From the NCBI GenBank assembly GCA_000092065.1, contig CP000585.1: 64,000 bases of DNA; one strand, given 5' to 3'. Positions 25,436 through 34,606 of the stretch are shown one piece after another. Every line of letters starts with the position of its first letter. Positions within the stretch are counted from its first letter, which is position 1. Origin of the DNA: Ostreococcus lucimarinus. Lineage: Eukaryota. The translations under genes were made by a program, and so were the position numbers. Under the pieces are notes generated by a model. It searched no databases. It was given only the letters and a program-made list of their open reading frames with translations, and was not told where the DNA came from.

Positions 25436-26438
25436 ATGGCGTCGAGCGCGCCCGCGGCGCGACGGCGTGGCGTCGCGAAACCACCGCTGATGCCGCGCGC
25501 GAACGAACGCGACGACGACGACGCGCCGGCGCGCGCCGCGCGGGACGGGGCGACGGCGACGGGGACGATGCGACGGACGCCGAGCTTTTCTGACGAGCTC
25601 GGACACTATTTCAAGGGGTTCGGCAGGCACGACGCGTACGCGGGAGGAGAGCAGGTGCGCGCGCGCGTCCCGCTCGCGCGCGAAGACTCGACTCGACGCG
25701 AAGGCGAACGACGACGCGCGGTGGGCGAGGGGCGAGACGGACGGGAAAACGAGGACTGACGATGGCGCGCGATGATTCGCGGGCGAACGATCGGCGCAGA
25801 TACGACCTTTGATGCGAGGATGGGTGCACTTCGCGTGCGTCGTGGCGGCGCTGACTGGACGAGGGCTGGGATACTTTAAGAACATGCCGGAACGCGCGTC
25901 GCTGTTCGTGCAGTGCACGATGTTGACGTATTTGGGGTCGACGTGCTTGCACATGGTGCCGTGGAAGACCGCGCTCGGGTACGATGTGGCGTTGGCGATG
26001 GATTTTATCGGGATATCGTGGGGCTTCACCTCGCACTCTATTTTGTGGACGGGCGGCGTGCACAGTTTTAGTCAATTCGGCGCGGTGGCGGTGTTCGCGT
26101 GCATGTGCTTGATGCAGGTGGCGGCGTTTAAACAAAAAAATAAACGCGTGTTGATGTTTATGCGTCGTCGGCGGCTGACGCTGATCCTTTTGAATATGAT
26201 TTTCCTGGGCGTCGTCGAGGCGAGAGCCATCGAGGATTTCAAGACGATGGTGGCGATTCAGGTCCTCTCCAAGATTGTCTCTCCGTGGTATTTCATGGCG
26301 TGCACGCGCTTCGACGCGAAGCACAAGTCATTCTTTGAGATTCAAGGCGTGTGGGGGCCGCATGAAAATTGGCACGTCATCATTCTCGTCGTGCACTTGC
26401 TGCAGCTCAAGGCGCTGCTGTCGCAAGACTCGTTTTGA
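25436..26438 (+). CDS. PAQR/hemolysin-III-like (CREST superfamily) 7-TM protein. Inferred 2-exon model: 25436-25654 + 25800-26438.
   Basis: Exon 2 has seven hydrophobic segments with the CREST motifs STCLHM...LAMDFIGIS (SxxxH...D) and HENWHVIILVVH (HxxxH). TM1 begins MRGWVHF (compare NIWTHL). Exon 1 encodes ...LGHYFKGFGRHDAYAGGEQ. It is joined by a GTGCGC..CAG intron that keeps the frame. Confidence 0.45.
25655..25799 (+). other. Inferred spliceosomal intron (145 bp, donor GTGCGC, acceptor gcgCAG, phase 0) in the PAQR-like gene
   Basis: There is an in-frame stop (TGA 25773) between the two coding segments. Canonical GT..AG boundaries restore a continuous PAQR-like N-terminus. Confidence 0.4.
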
Positions 26439-26676
26439 CGCGTCGCGACGGAGATTGACGCGCCCGCGAGCGGACGAGATGCTCGCGAGGTGACGCGTAA
26501 TGGGGAGGCGTCAATAATATTGTACTTGAACGACGTATTGTTCGTGACGCGCGCGACGATGCTCGCTTGTAATTGGAAGAAGTGACGCGTTGTGACGCTC
26601 GCCTTCGCGCTCGGCCCGGCGCTCGCCGCACACTCCCGCGCGCTCGAGCTCGTCGTGCGTCGAGAGCGCGCGCGAC

Positions 26677-27172
26677 ATGTCGTTGAAGAAACTCTACGAG
26701 ACCCACCGCGCGGGTCAAGAGCAAGTCAAGCGCGAAGTCGGTGCGTCGTCGTCGTTCATTCGTTCGCTCGTTCGCGCTCGCGCGTAACACCAAACGCGCG
26801 CTCGCGCCGTGACTGACGCGCACCGCGCCGCGCGCGCGCCGTCTCGCTCCAGATGCGCTGCGCAAAGAGACCGTCGCGCAGGTGTCCGCGCTCGCGGACG
26901 CGATGACGGATTCGGTGAACCACGGCGTGGTTGAGGTGTTTGAGAATCAAAAGCAAGTCGAGTCGTCGGCGCGCGCGCTGAACGAGACGGCGACGGCGTT
27001 TCGAGAGCGGTCGAGCGAGTGGGCGACGTCGCTGGAGGCGTTCGATAAAGAGCTTAGAGATATCGGGGATTTTGAAAATTGGGTCAAGGCGATGGAGCAC
27101 GATTTGGCGACGTTAGCGGCGGCGTTGGAAGCGAAGGTGAACGCGAAGGCGGCGAATGCGGCGGAAAAGTAG
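26677..27172 (+). CDS. BLOC1S1: BLOC-1 subunit 1 (BLOC1S1/GCN5L1). Two exons: 26677-26740 + 26853-27172.
   Basis: Spliced product MSLKKLYETHRAGQEQVKREVDALRKETVAQVSALADAMTDSVNHGVVEVFENQKQ...FDKELRDIGDFENWVKAMEHDLATLAAALE aligns along its whole length with BLOC1S1 (KEIGDVENWARSIELDMRTIATALE). Confidence 0.75.
26741..26852 (+). other. Spliceosomal intron (112 bp, donor GTGCGT, acceptor ctcCAG, phase 1) in BLOC1S1
   Basis: Exon 1 read-through hits TAA. Splicing restores the conserved BLOC1S1 N-terminus. Confidence 0.7.
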
Positions 27173-27250
27173 CGAGCGAGTATTGTACAGTAAACAACGA
27201 AGATCTAGCATGAATCGTAGCGTCATCATCGAATCAAATCGTTTCATGAC

Positions 27251-28430
27251 TCACGCGTCGGCGGCTTGCATTTCGACGTCGTCGTTCTTCTCTTTGTGCG
27301 CCGAGACGGCGTCGAACAGGGCGCATTTGACGGCGTACGACGCGAACATTTTCGATTGCTCTATCGCGAGCGATATCGCGTCTTGCGTCACCGTGCCGAG
27401 CGCGGAAACATCGCCTGCTTTCTCTAAATTCGATCCCGACGTCGGGGACATCGACATCGAGGCGAGCGACGCCGAAGACGTCGTCGTCGGACCGCCTCGC
27501 TTGATTTCCTTTTCGGCTTTGGCAATCTTCCCCTCCATGTCCGAGACTTGACTCGCGATGAGTTTTCGATTCGCCAGCAGCGTCGACGAACTGAGTGTGT
27601 TGACCCAATACTTCTTCGTCAACGAATCCAAGTTACGCGCGTCGAGCGAGCTCTTGAAAAAGCTCACATCCAACGAGTAATACTTGTTCGCGTGTACGCC
27701 AAAGTCTTCTATCTTGCTCTTTGGGATTCCTAGATTACTCGACGTCGACGGCTCCTCGGGCGCGGTGTATCCATCCGGATACGTCCGAAACGCTCCAATC
27801 TCCACCTTTTCCGCGCGACTCGTCCGGATCGGATCGATGACGATGGCTAAAAACGGTTCCCCGTACCTCTGATTCATGCTCTGCGTGTTCACGTCGATGC
27901 CCGACAACCAGCAGCCGTATCCTGGATGCGAGTGATACCACCCGACGACGTTTTCGTGTCTCCCGACCGCCTTACACGTGTGCGTATACTCCACCATGTA
28001 TTCATACGCCTCCGCCTGCGCGTTGACGCGCGTTTCCGTGCCTTCGACCGGGAGTTCGAACACGTCCAGCACGATGAAGGCGTCGTCCTTCGCGTACCCT
28101 TGCAGCATGCCCATGACTTCGATATCCCCACCGCGTTTGCAGTGCGCCGTCATCTTCATCAGCGCCAGCGCGGACACCTTTACCCTAGAACATAAACGCG
28201 CGAGCGTTTCGCGCCGTCGTCAGTCGCCCGGACGCGTCGCGCGCGGCGTGCGACTCGAGAAAAGTGCGATTGCGAGCGCAATCTGCCGGGGACAACCGTT
28301 ACCTCTTAAAGTAGTGAGGATCGCGCGCCCAAGGCTTTTGAGCGACGAGGAGCTTGTGCGCGACTTCATCGTATGCGTAGAGTTCGTCCGAGGTCGTGAT
28401 GGGAGGCGGGAGTGGTGGGTCTTCGTCCAT
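27251..28430 (-). CDS. CSN5: COP9 signalosome subunit 5 (CSN5/JAB1), JAMM/MPN+ metalloprotease. Two exons: 28430-28303 + 28184-27251.
   Basis: The JAMM motif is included: [25 protein letters not shown]. The flanking [11 protein letters not shown]...[13 protein letters not shown] is near-identical to CSN5. Exon 1 ...[16 protein letters not shown] joins [11 protein letters not shown], matching the human CSN5 segment [23 protein letters not shown]. Confidence 0.85.
28185..28302 (-). other. Spliceosomal intron (118 bp, donor GTAACG, acceptor ttcTAG, phase 2) in CSN5
   Basis: Exon 1 read-through gives AAG AGG TAA (stop). Splicing restores the conserved CSN5 N-terminal segment. Confidence 0.75.
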
Positions 28431-28656
28431 GTCGACGAGGGCGCGAGTGCGGCGCAGTCCGCGTTCGTTTGGTTTGGCTTGGTCCGTTCGATTAAATTTG
28501 ATATTACAGATGAATTTGATGATACACGAGTACAACAGTGAATGGTTTTAATGTCTCGAGGATTTAAATCGTTTCAGTTCGTCGCGTGCGGCGCCTTGCG
28601 CGCCGCCGCGGTGGATGTTTGTAGCACTGATGCTTTCTTGGTTTTCGCCTCTTTCT

Positions 28657-30465
28657 TCAATCTTGAGGGAATCCGTATTGTTCGAGTAATCGAAGTGTCA
28701 CGCCGTTGGTCCAGCCGAAACCACGTTGAGGGATGTATTCGCCGCCTTTACCCACGCCGTCCTCGGTCGAGCGCACGTCGTACTTTTCGTGCATGTAGCC
28801 CGTTGACTTCCACGCTTGATGCGCGGTGCGGAGCCACGAGTGCGCGAGCGTCTTCGCGTACTCTTCCTCGCGAGGGGCGAAAATTTGTATCGCTTCGACA
28901 ATCATGTGAGTCTCCGGCGCCCAAGCGTTAGGCCAATCCCATTGCTGACCGCTCTCGACGAGTGAGGTCGCGATGCCTTTGTCGGTGACCAACTTGGACT
29001 TTTTCAACGACTCGACGACTTCGTACGCTTGATCGCTGTCGGGATCGCAAGCGCCGCACCAAAGCGGAGTAAAATCGCTCGTAAACGGGCTCTCAGATGC
29101 CGCCGTGAGATCATCGCGATCGCGCACGATTCCTCGGGTGTCTTCGCCCATGAGCGGTTCGAACGCCATGTCTCGCCACCGCTTGACGTCGTCGTCCCAA
29201 AGCACGGCGTCAATCGCGCGCCGCCGCACCTCGCTCGCACGGGAGAACTTCTCGAGCAAATGGTTCAAGTACACGCGCTCGGCGAAGAGCTCGTCTTCGT
29301 TTTCCAACGACACTAATGCCTCGCGGGCGAGCAAAGCGATTTGCGTCTCCACTCGTAGCATAAATCCGTTCAAGTCGGATGGAATGATGTTGCACGTGCG
29401 AATCGTCTCCAAGTTATCGCCGTCTAGGAACCATCTCGAGCTGAAGTCGAAGCCGCTCTCCGCCGCGCTAGCAAGATGTCGATATATCTTACGCTTAGCT
29501 TCGAGCTTGGCCACGGCGTCCTCCACCTTTCTGGTCGCTCGGCGCGCCACCTCGACGTCTTCGCGATAGCTCTCTGGCCTCGGACGCGTGGTGTTGGCAA
29601 AATATCGCGACAGCTCGTGCGTCTCTCCGGTTTCCGTGTCACGAATCGTCACCGTGCGTTCACTTCGAGTGAGATAGGCGTATTCTTGCACCAGCAACGG
29701 CAACGCCTGTCGCAACCACTCGACGTCTCGCGTCGCTTGAAACACCTCGGCGACGCACGACGACAACAACGGCGGCTGAGATCGATTCAAATAGTACACG
29801 CGCGCGCCGTTGGGCACGAATCCGTACGTGGTGACCATGTACAACAAATTATTCGTCACTCCCAGCGCCGTGGCCGGCATCTCGCTCGTTAACAACCCCA
29901 AAACGATCCAATACGTATCCCAGTAGTAGGTTTCCCTAAAACGTTCCCCCGGCACCACCGCCGGGTACGGCAATCGAATCCTCGAGCTCGTCGTCCGTCG
30001 CGCCTCGCCCTCCGCGCCGACTTCTTCCTCAGCGTAGTCATCCGCGTCCAACCGCGCGAGCACGCGCCACAGCTCGTGCACGTGCGTCGCAAACTCCCTC
30101 GACTTTTCGCACCTCGCCCCTCTCGCCACCGCCGGCTCGCTTCGCCAGTCCGCCAGTTCCGGCATCTTAGACCTCTCCCTCGGTCCGCTCTCGAAGTGTT
30201 CGTTCAAGAATTCCCGCGCCGCCACGCTACACGTCGCCGCTCGCGACTGCGCCAGCGCCTCGAACACCTTCGCCGGCGGTGATCTCGACCGCGTGTCCAC
30301 GAAATCCTTCGAGTCGCGCCAAATCGCCGCTCGGTGCACCGCCGCCAGTATCGCCGCCGTGCAAAACGCCGCGTACGGCGCCTGCGCGCCGTCCGTCGCC
30401 GCGCCGCCGTCTTCCTCGACGTCGTCTTCGCTCGTCATCGCGCTGTGCGCCGCGTCCGCGAGCAT
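28657..30465 (-). CDS. Trehalase (glycoside hydrolase family 37)
   Basis: GH37 signatures PGERFRETYYWDTYWIVLGLL and QWDWPNAWAP, plus full-length trehalase-like architecture. Confidence 0.85.
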   Translation of the reverse strand: MLADAAHSAMTSEDDVEEDGGAATDGAQAPYAAFCTAAILAAVHRAAIWRDSKDFVDTRSRSPPAKVFEALAQSRAATCSVAAREFLNEHFESGPRERSKMPELADWRSEPAVARGARCEKSREFATHVHELWRVLARLDADDYAEEEVGAEGEARRTTSSRIRLPYPAVVPGERFRETYYWDTYWIVLGLLTSEMPATALGVTNNLLYMVTTYGFVPNGARVYYLNRSQPPLLSSCVAEVFQATRDVEWLRQALPLLVQEYAYLTRSERTVTIRDTETGETHELSRYFANTTRPRPESYREDVEVARRATRKVEDAVAKLEAKRKIYRHLASAAESGFDFSSRWFLDGDNLETIRTCNIIPSDLNGFMLRVETQIALLAREALVSLENEDELFAERVYLNHLLEKFSRASEVRRRAIDAVLWDDDVKRWRDMAFEPLMGEDTRGIVRDRDDLTAASESPFTSDFTPLWCGACDPDSDQAYEVVESLKKSKLVTDKGIATSLVESGQQWDWPNAWAPETHMIVEAIQIFAPREEEYAKTLAHSWLRTAHQAWKSTGYMHEKYDVRSTEDGVGKGGEYIPQRGFGWTNGVTLRLLEQYGFPQD

Positions 30466-30790
30466 CTCGCGTCGTTCGACGACGATCTCGACCCGCTCGC
30501 GAATCGGCGCGCGCGCGCGCGTGCCCTCGGGGCGCGGCGACGCGCGCGCGACGCGCGACGCGCGCGGGCGCGCGCGCGACGCGCCGAGCGCGCGACGTAT
30601 CGAGACCGTTCGCGCCGTCCTGGCGGTGCGCGCGCGCGCGAGACGCGCTCACGCGCGGGGGAGTGACGGCCGGGTCGACCGCGCGACGCCTCGGGCCCCG
30701 ACCTTTGAGACACCGAAAGACGCGAAGGCGAGACGAGCACGCGAGAAACCGGCGCGGAGGCGGAGACGCGAACGCGCGAGCGCGCGAAAA

Positions 30791-30814
30791 AACGAACGAA
30801 CGAACGAACGAACG
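30791..30814. repeat. (ACGA)6 / (GAAC)n microsatellite in the trehalase-GST intergenic spacer
   Basis: acgaacgaacgaacgaacgaacga, followed by an AT-rich stretch (ttaaatcttcatctactttttacttttaatctcc). Confidence 0.9.
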
Positions 30815-30847
30815 AAATCGGGTTAAATCTTCATCTACTTTTTACTT

Positions 30848-31555
30848 TTAATCTCCATCTACGTACGAGACGCACTTTTGCACGAGGTAGCGCCGCGCGT
30901 CGGCGCCGAACGCCTTCGCGTACGCGTCGCGGAGCGCGAGACGGCCCATGTAACGCGCCAGCGCGGGATACGGCGCGAAGCTGACGTCGGGAAAGAACTG
31001 CGGCACGTAGAGCAGATACGCGCCGACGGCGACGTCCGCGACCGAGAAATCGCCCAACAGATAATCTCGAGACGCCAAGACGTCGTCGAGCCGTCGGAGT
31101 CGCTTATTATTCGGGTCGCGCGCCTTGGTGTCCACCACGCCACCGCGCTCGTTCTCGACGAACAGCACGGGATCCAGCGACGCGTTCGCCCACGACACCC
31201 ACGCCGCCGCCGCGGCGCGCGTCTTCGGCGTGTCCAAACCGCCGTACGCGTCGGCGAGGTACATTAAAATCGCCCCGGACTCGAACAGTTCGAGCTCGCC
31301 GCCGTCCGCGTCGGCGTCGTCGCGCAGCGCGGGCACCTGTCCGAACGGGTGCGGGTTCGTCTCGTCCCTCGGCGCGCGCATCGCGAGCTCGAGGCCGATC
31401 TCGTGCGCGTACCAGTTCACCAGCGGCGACCGCGAGCCCTGCGACCCGTACAGCGTCGTCGCGCGCGTCGTCGCGCGGCGTCCCGACGTCGCGCGCGACG
31501 ACGCGCGTCGTCGCGCCGGCGTCGCCGCGCGCGCGCGCGTCGGCGCCGCGCGCAT
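30848..31555 (-). CDS. Glutathione S-transferase with ~33-aa Arg-rich presequence
   Basis: GST N-terminal thioredoxin-like domain: LYGSQGSRSPLVNWYAHEIGL...FGQVPALRDD...LFESGAILMYLADAYGG. The ORF start at 31648 is a GTG; the first ATG is at 31555 (MRAAPTRARAATPARRRASSR). Confidence 0.7.
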   Translation of the reverse strand: MRAAPTRARAATPARRRASSRATSGRRATTRATTLYGSQGSRSPLVNWYAHEIGLELAMRAPRDETNPHPFGQVPALRDDADADGGELELFESGAILMYLADAYGGLDTPKTRAAAAAWVSWANASLDPVLFVENERGGVVDTKARDPNNKRLRRLDDVLASRDYLLGDFSVADVAVGAYLLYVPQFFPDVSFAPYPALARYMGRLALRDAYAKAFGADARRYLVQKCVSYVDGD

Positions 31556-31689
31556 CGGCGTCGTTCGCGCCGCGCGCGTCGCGATGCGGTCGCGACGCCG
31601 CGCCGCGCTGACGTCACGACGACGAGACGCGCGGCGCGCCCCGCACACGACGACGCGCGCGACGCTCGAAGCGCGGCGAACGGCGCGCG

Positions 31690-32256
31690 ATGCTCGCGGC
31701 GACGCTCTCGACGCGCGTCGCGGCGCGCGCGCGCGGCGACGCGACGACGCGCGGCGACGCGCGCGCGCGCGTGGTCGCGCGCGCGAAAAAGGGCGGCGCG
31801 TTCCTTCGCGAATTCGGCCCGGAACCGACGGAGAGCGAGAAGGCGGCGATCGAGGCCAAGGCGCAGGACGCCGCGGGAGGGTTCCCGGCGCTGGAGAAGC
31901 AGGAAGGGCAGGACCCGTTCAGCGTGAACCTGATGGTGAAGAAGTTTGGGCCGCTCAACTTGGTGTGGAACGGCGTCGGGACGCTGCAAGTGCCGGACGC
32001 GGGAAGCAAGCCGGCGAGCGTGAACCTGGCGCGGGTGTGCTTGGCGCAGCGCGCGGAACTGCTGATCGAAAACTTTGAGCGGTTGTATCCGAAATTGAAG
32101 AACGAACGCGTGGAGTGGGCGCTGCAGCCGTTCGACGACCAATACGGCGACGCGTTCGATCCGTTCATGTCTTTACCGGACGATCAGGTCGACGAGTTGG
32201 TGCCCGGGAACTTGCAATTCTTGAAGAAACCGCGCAAGGTCGCGCCGGGGGCGTGA
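31690..32256 (+). CDS. Hypothetical organelle-targeted protein (188 aa). The N-terminus MLAATLSTRVAARARG resembles a transit peptide.
   Basis: Clean ATG. Well-mixed composition after the presequence. No family recognised. Divergent from the GST gene, with a 134-bp spacer. Confidence 0.5.
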   Translation: MLAATLSTRVAARARGDATTRGDARARVVARAKKGGAFLREFGPEPTESEKAAIEAKAQDAAGGFPALEKQEGQDPFSVNLMVKKFGPLNLVWNGVGTLQVPDAGSKPASVNLARVCLAQRAELLIENFERLYPKLKNERVEWALQPFDDQYGDAFDPFMSLPDDQVDELVPGNLQFLKKPRKVAPGA

Positions 32257-32408
32257 TTTAGATTTTGAAGATTGTTATCGACGTTCGCGCGTTCGTCTTC
32301 GTCCCCGCCGCCTCGTCGACGTCGATTGCCCGAGTTCGCGTCACTCGACGACGCGCGCGCGGTCGTTCGAGCGCGCGCTCTCTCTCGCGAGTTTATTTTC
32401 ACGACGTC

Positions 32409-34541
32409 ATGGCGTCGTGCGTCGCGCGCGCCGCGCTCTCGACGCCGTCGCGCGTCGTTTTCTACGACAAAAAGCGCACCCCAGCCGCCGCCACGCGCGC
32501 GAGGGTCGTCGTCCCGCGCGCCGCGGACGCCGACGCCGACGCCGCGGCGCCCGCGGACGCGTGGCTCGAAGCTCGCCGCGCGGACCTGAGCGCGCTGACG
32601 GTGGAGAAAGGGCTGAAACCGCTGTGTCGAGGGTACGGGCTGAAGCTCGGCGGCTCGAAGACGGCGCTGCTGGAGCGCGTGCTGGCGCACGAGAGCGCGA
32701 ATCGCGCGGAATTCGCGCCGATGGAGGCGGTGGTGGAAAAAGCGAGCGCGTGGAGAAATTCCAGGGTGGTTCGAGTGGACGAGGCGAGCGCGAGGGCGAT
32801 CGAGGAGGCGAATGCGGTCAAAGCGGAACGACGGGAAAAAGCCGGAGGCTGGGGACGGGACGAAGAGGACGATTACGGCGACGACGTGGACGAAGACCGA
32901 GGATGGGGGTCGTCGTGGGCGCGCAGGGAGGACGAGGAGGAATCGTCCACGGCGCGCATGCGAGATATCGAGGCGAGGTACCCGCAGTTGAGGTTGGCAG
33001 ATGAGAAATTGACCAAGGATGACTTGGCGCGACGCGTGGCGGTGGTGAACGGCTTGCGAGCGCTCGCCAAGGAAAAAGAAGGCTATGAGGCAGATGTAGG
33101 GTTGCATTTGGAAGCCATCGCGCGAGCGATCGATAGGGGCTATAGAGATATGCGAGGGAGCGCGCTGACGGTGTTGCAAAAAGAAGTTCGGGCGCGGATA
33201 GACGTGAGCGTGGACATCGACGTGCAACGCGGTCGATTCGCCGTGCTCGTGCAAGTCGTCGGTCGAGGCGGGACAGTTGAGCGCGAATACGACGACACCA
33301 AATTTTTCACGTTCAATGTCCGGCGACAAAATCGCATGCGAACGTTGATTCGTTACATGAGCGAGGAGATTAAAACTGGCGTCGCGCGTCTGGCGACGGA
33401 AGATTTCGTCGGTCAAATCGGCAACGTCGTCGACGGCACGTTGCGTTTCCGCACCGAAACCGGGTCGTGGATGATGGACATAAAAGGCGGCGCCGCGGGT
33501 GTGATCCCGCCAGAGGAGCAGCTCTTGACTTATAACGACTTACCACTCAAGCAAGGGGACGAGTTGTCGTGCTTCGTGCTCGACGTCGATCAAAACTTGT
33601 TCACCGGTCGCGAGCAAACCCCGGTGGTGCTGTCGATGACCATTCCGGCGTTGGTCGGCGCCATCATTCGCGAAGAAGTTCCAGAGGTTGCGCGCGGGGA
33701 GATAGAGATTAAGTCGATCGCGAGAATGGCAGGCAAGGTGACGAAAGTCGCGGTAGCTCTACGCGAAGGATCAACTTCGTGGAGCAACGCGGTGGAAACG
33801 TGCCTGGGCGAAGATCAGAGCATTTTGAGACGCATTCGCGAACGATGCGGCGGCGAAGTCGTGCACTTCCTTCCTTGGTCCGACGATCCAGCGGAACTGA
33901 TCAAGTCTTCTTTATTCCCAGCTGAAGTGTTACGAGTGGAAGAAAGCTTCCCGGATGGCACGCAAAAGCGAAAGTTTACGGCGTACGTGAAGGAGGTGGA
34001 TCTCCGTCGAGCGATCGGCGCCGGCGGTAATAACGTCAAACTCTGCGCGTCGCTCACCAACGCATTCATCGTCATCGAAGTTGACGAGACCGCAGGAAAC
34101 ACTCAACGTCGTGGATCTTTCAACGACGATCTGGACGACTCTTACGACAGTGGATTCTGGGGCGACGATCGCGAAGATGACTTTTTCGGCGGCGGCGACG
34201 CTGAAAATTTTGCCAACAATCTCAACAAGGATAGATTCAGCGAGCAGACGCAAAGCGTGCAACTGGACGATCTCGGCTGGCCCGATCTCGATGACTTCGA
34301 TGATTTACCCACCACGAATGCCGCGGGGCGGGGACCTCAGGACATCCCCTCGGTGAGCGAATTGAAAACGCTCGGCGAGACGTTCTCGCAATCGTTCGAA
34401 GGCGACGACGACGCGGAGGAATGGGACGTCGGTCCGGGCCGTCCGGGATTGACCACGTTCGGCGCTACGGGACGTCCGGGTGTCGTCGGCACCGCTCTCT
34501 TCTTTGGCGACGAAGCGGGTGAATACGACGACGACGAATAG
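32409..34541 (+). CDS. NusA-like transcription factor homolog (S1 + two KH-like domains) with N-terminal presequence, SAP domain and acidic C-terminal tail
   Basis: SAP: LTVEKGLKPLCRGYGLKLGGSKTALLERVL. NusA core: VGAIIREEVPEVARGEIEIKSIARMAGKVTKVAVAL...VHFLPWSDDPAELIKSSLFPAEVLRV...AIGAGGNNVKLCASLTNAFIVIEVDE (compare bacterial NusA EVPEI..G.VEIKAIAR.PG.RAKIAV......IVLWSDDPAQFV.NA..PA.V...AIGRNGQNVRLASQLTGW.L). The ORF start at 32265 is a non-ATG; the first ATG is at 32409. Confidence 0.65.
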   Translation: MASCVARAALSTPSRVVFYDKKRTPAAATRARVVVPRAADADADAAAPADAWLEARRADLSALTVEKGLKPLCRGYGLKLGGSKTALLERVLAHESANRAEFAPMEAVVEKASAWRNSRVVRVDEASARAIEEANAVKAERREKAGGWGRDEEDDYGDDVDEDRGWGSSWARREDEEESSTARMRDIEARYPQLRLADEKLTKDDLARRVAVVNGLRALAKEKEGYEADVGLHLEAIARAIDRGYRDMRGSALTVLQKEVRARIDVSVDIDVQRGRFAVLVQVVGRGGTVEREYDDTKFFTFNVRRQNRMRTLIRYMSEEIKTGVARLATEDFVGQIGNVVDGTLRFRTETGSWMMDIKGGAAGVIPPEEQLLTYNDLPLKQGDELSCFVLDVDQNLFTGREQTPVVLSMTIPALVGAIIREEVPEVARGEIEIKSIARMAGKVTKVAVALREGSTSWSNAVETCLGEDQSILRRIRERCGGEVVHFLPWSDDPAELIKSSLFPAEVLRVEESFPDGTQKRKFTAYVKEVDLRRAIGAGGNNVKLCASLTNAFIVIEVDETAGNTQRRGSFNDDLDDSYDSGFWGDDREDDFFGGGDAENFANNLNKDRFSEQTQSVQLDDLGWPDLDDFDDLPTTNAAGRGPQDIPSVSELKTLGETFSQSFEGDDDAEEWDVGPGRPGLTTFGATGRPGVVGTALFFGDEAGEYDDDE

Positions 34542-34606
34542 CCGCGCCGCGTTCACATTGCTGTAACTCAACCGACACACGACTTTTCTTCACACGACGA
34601 CGCACC

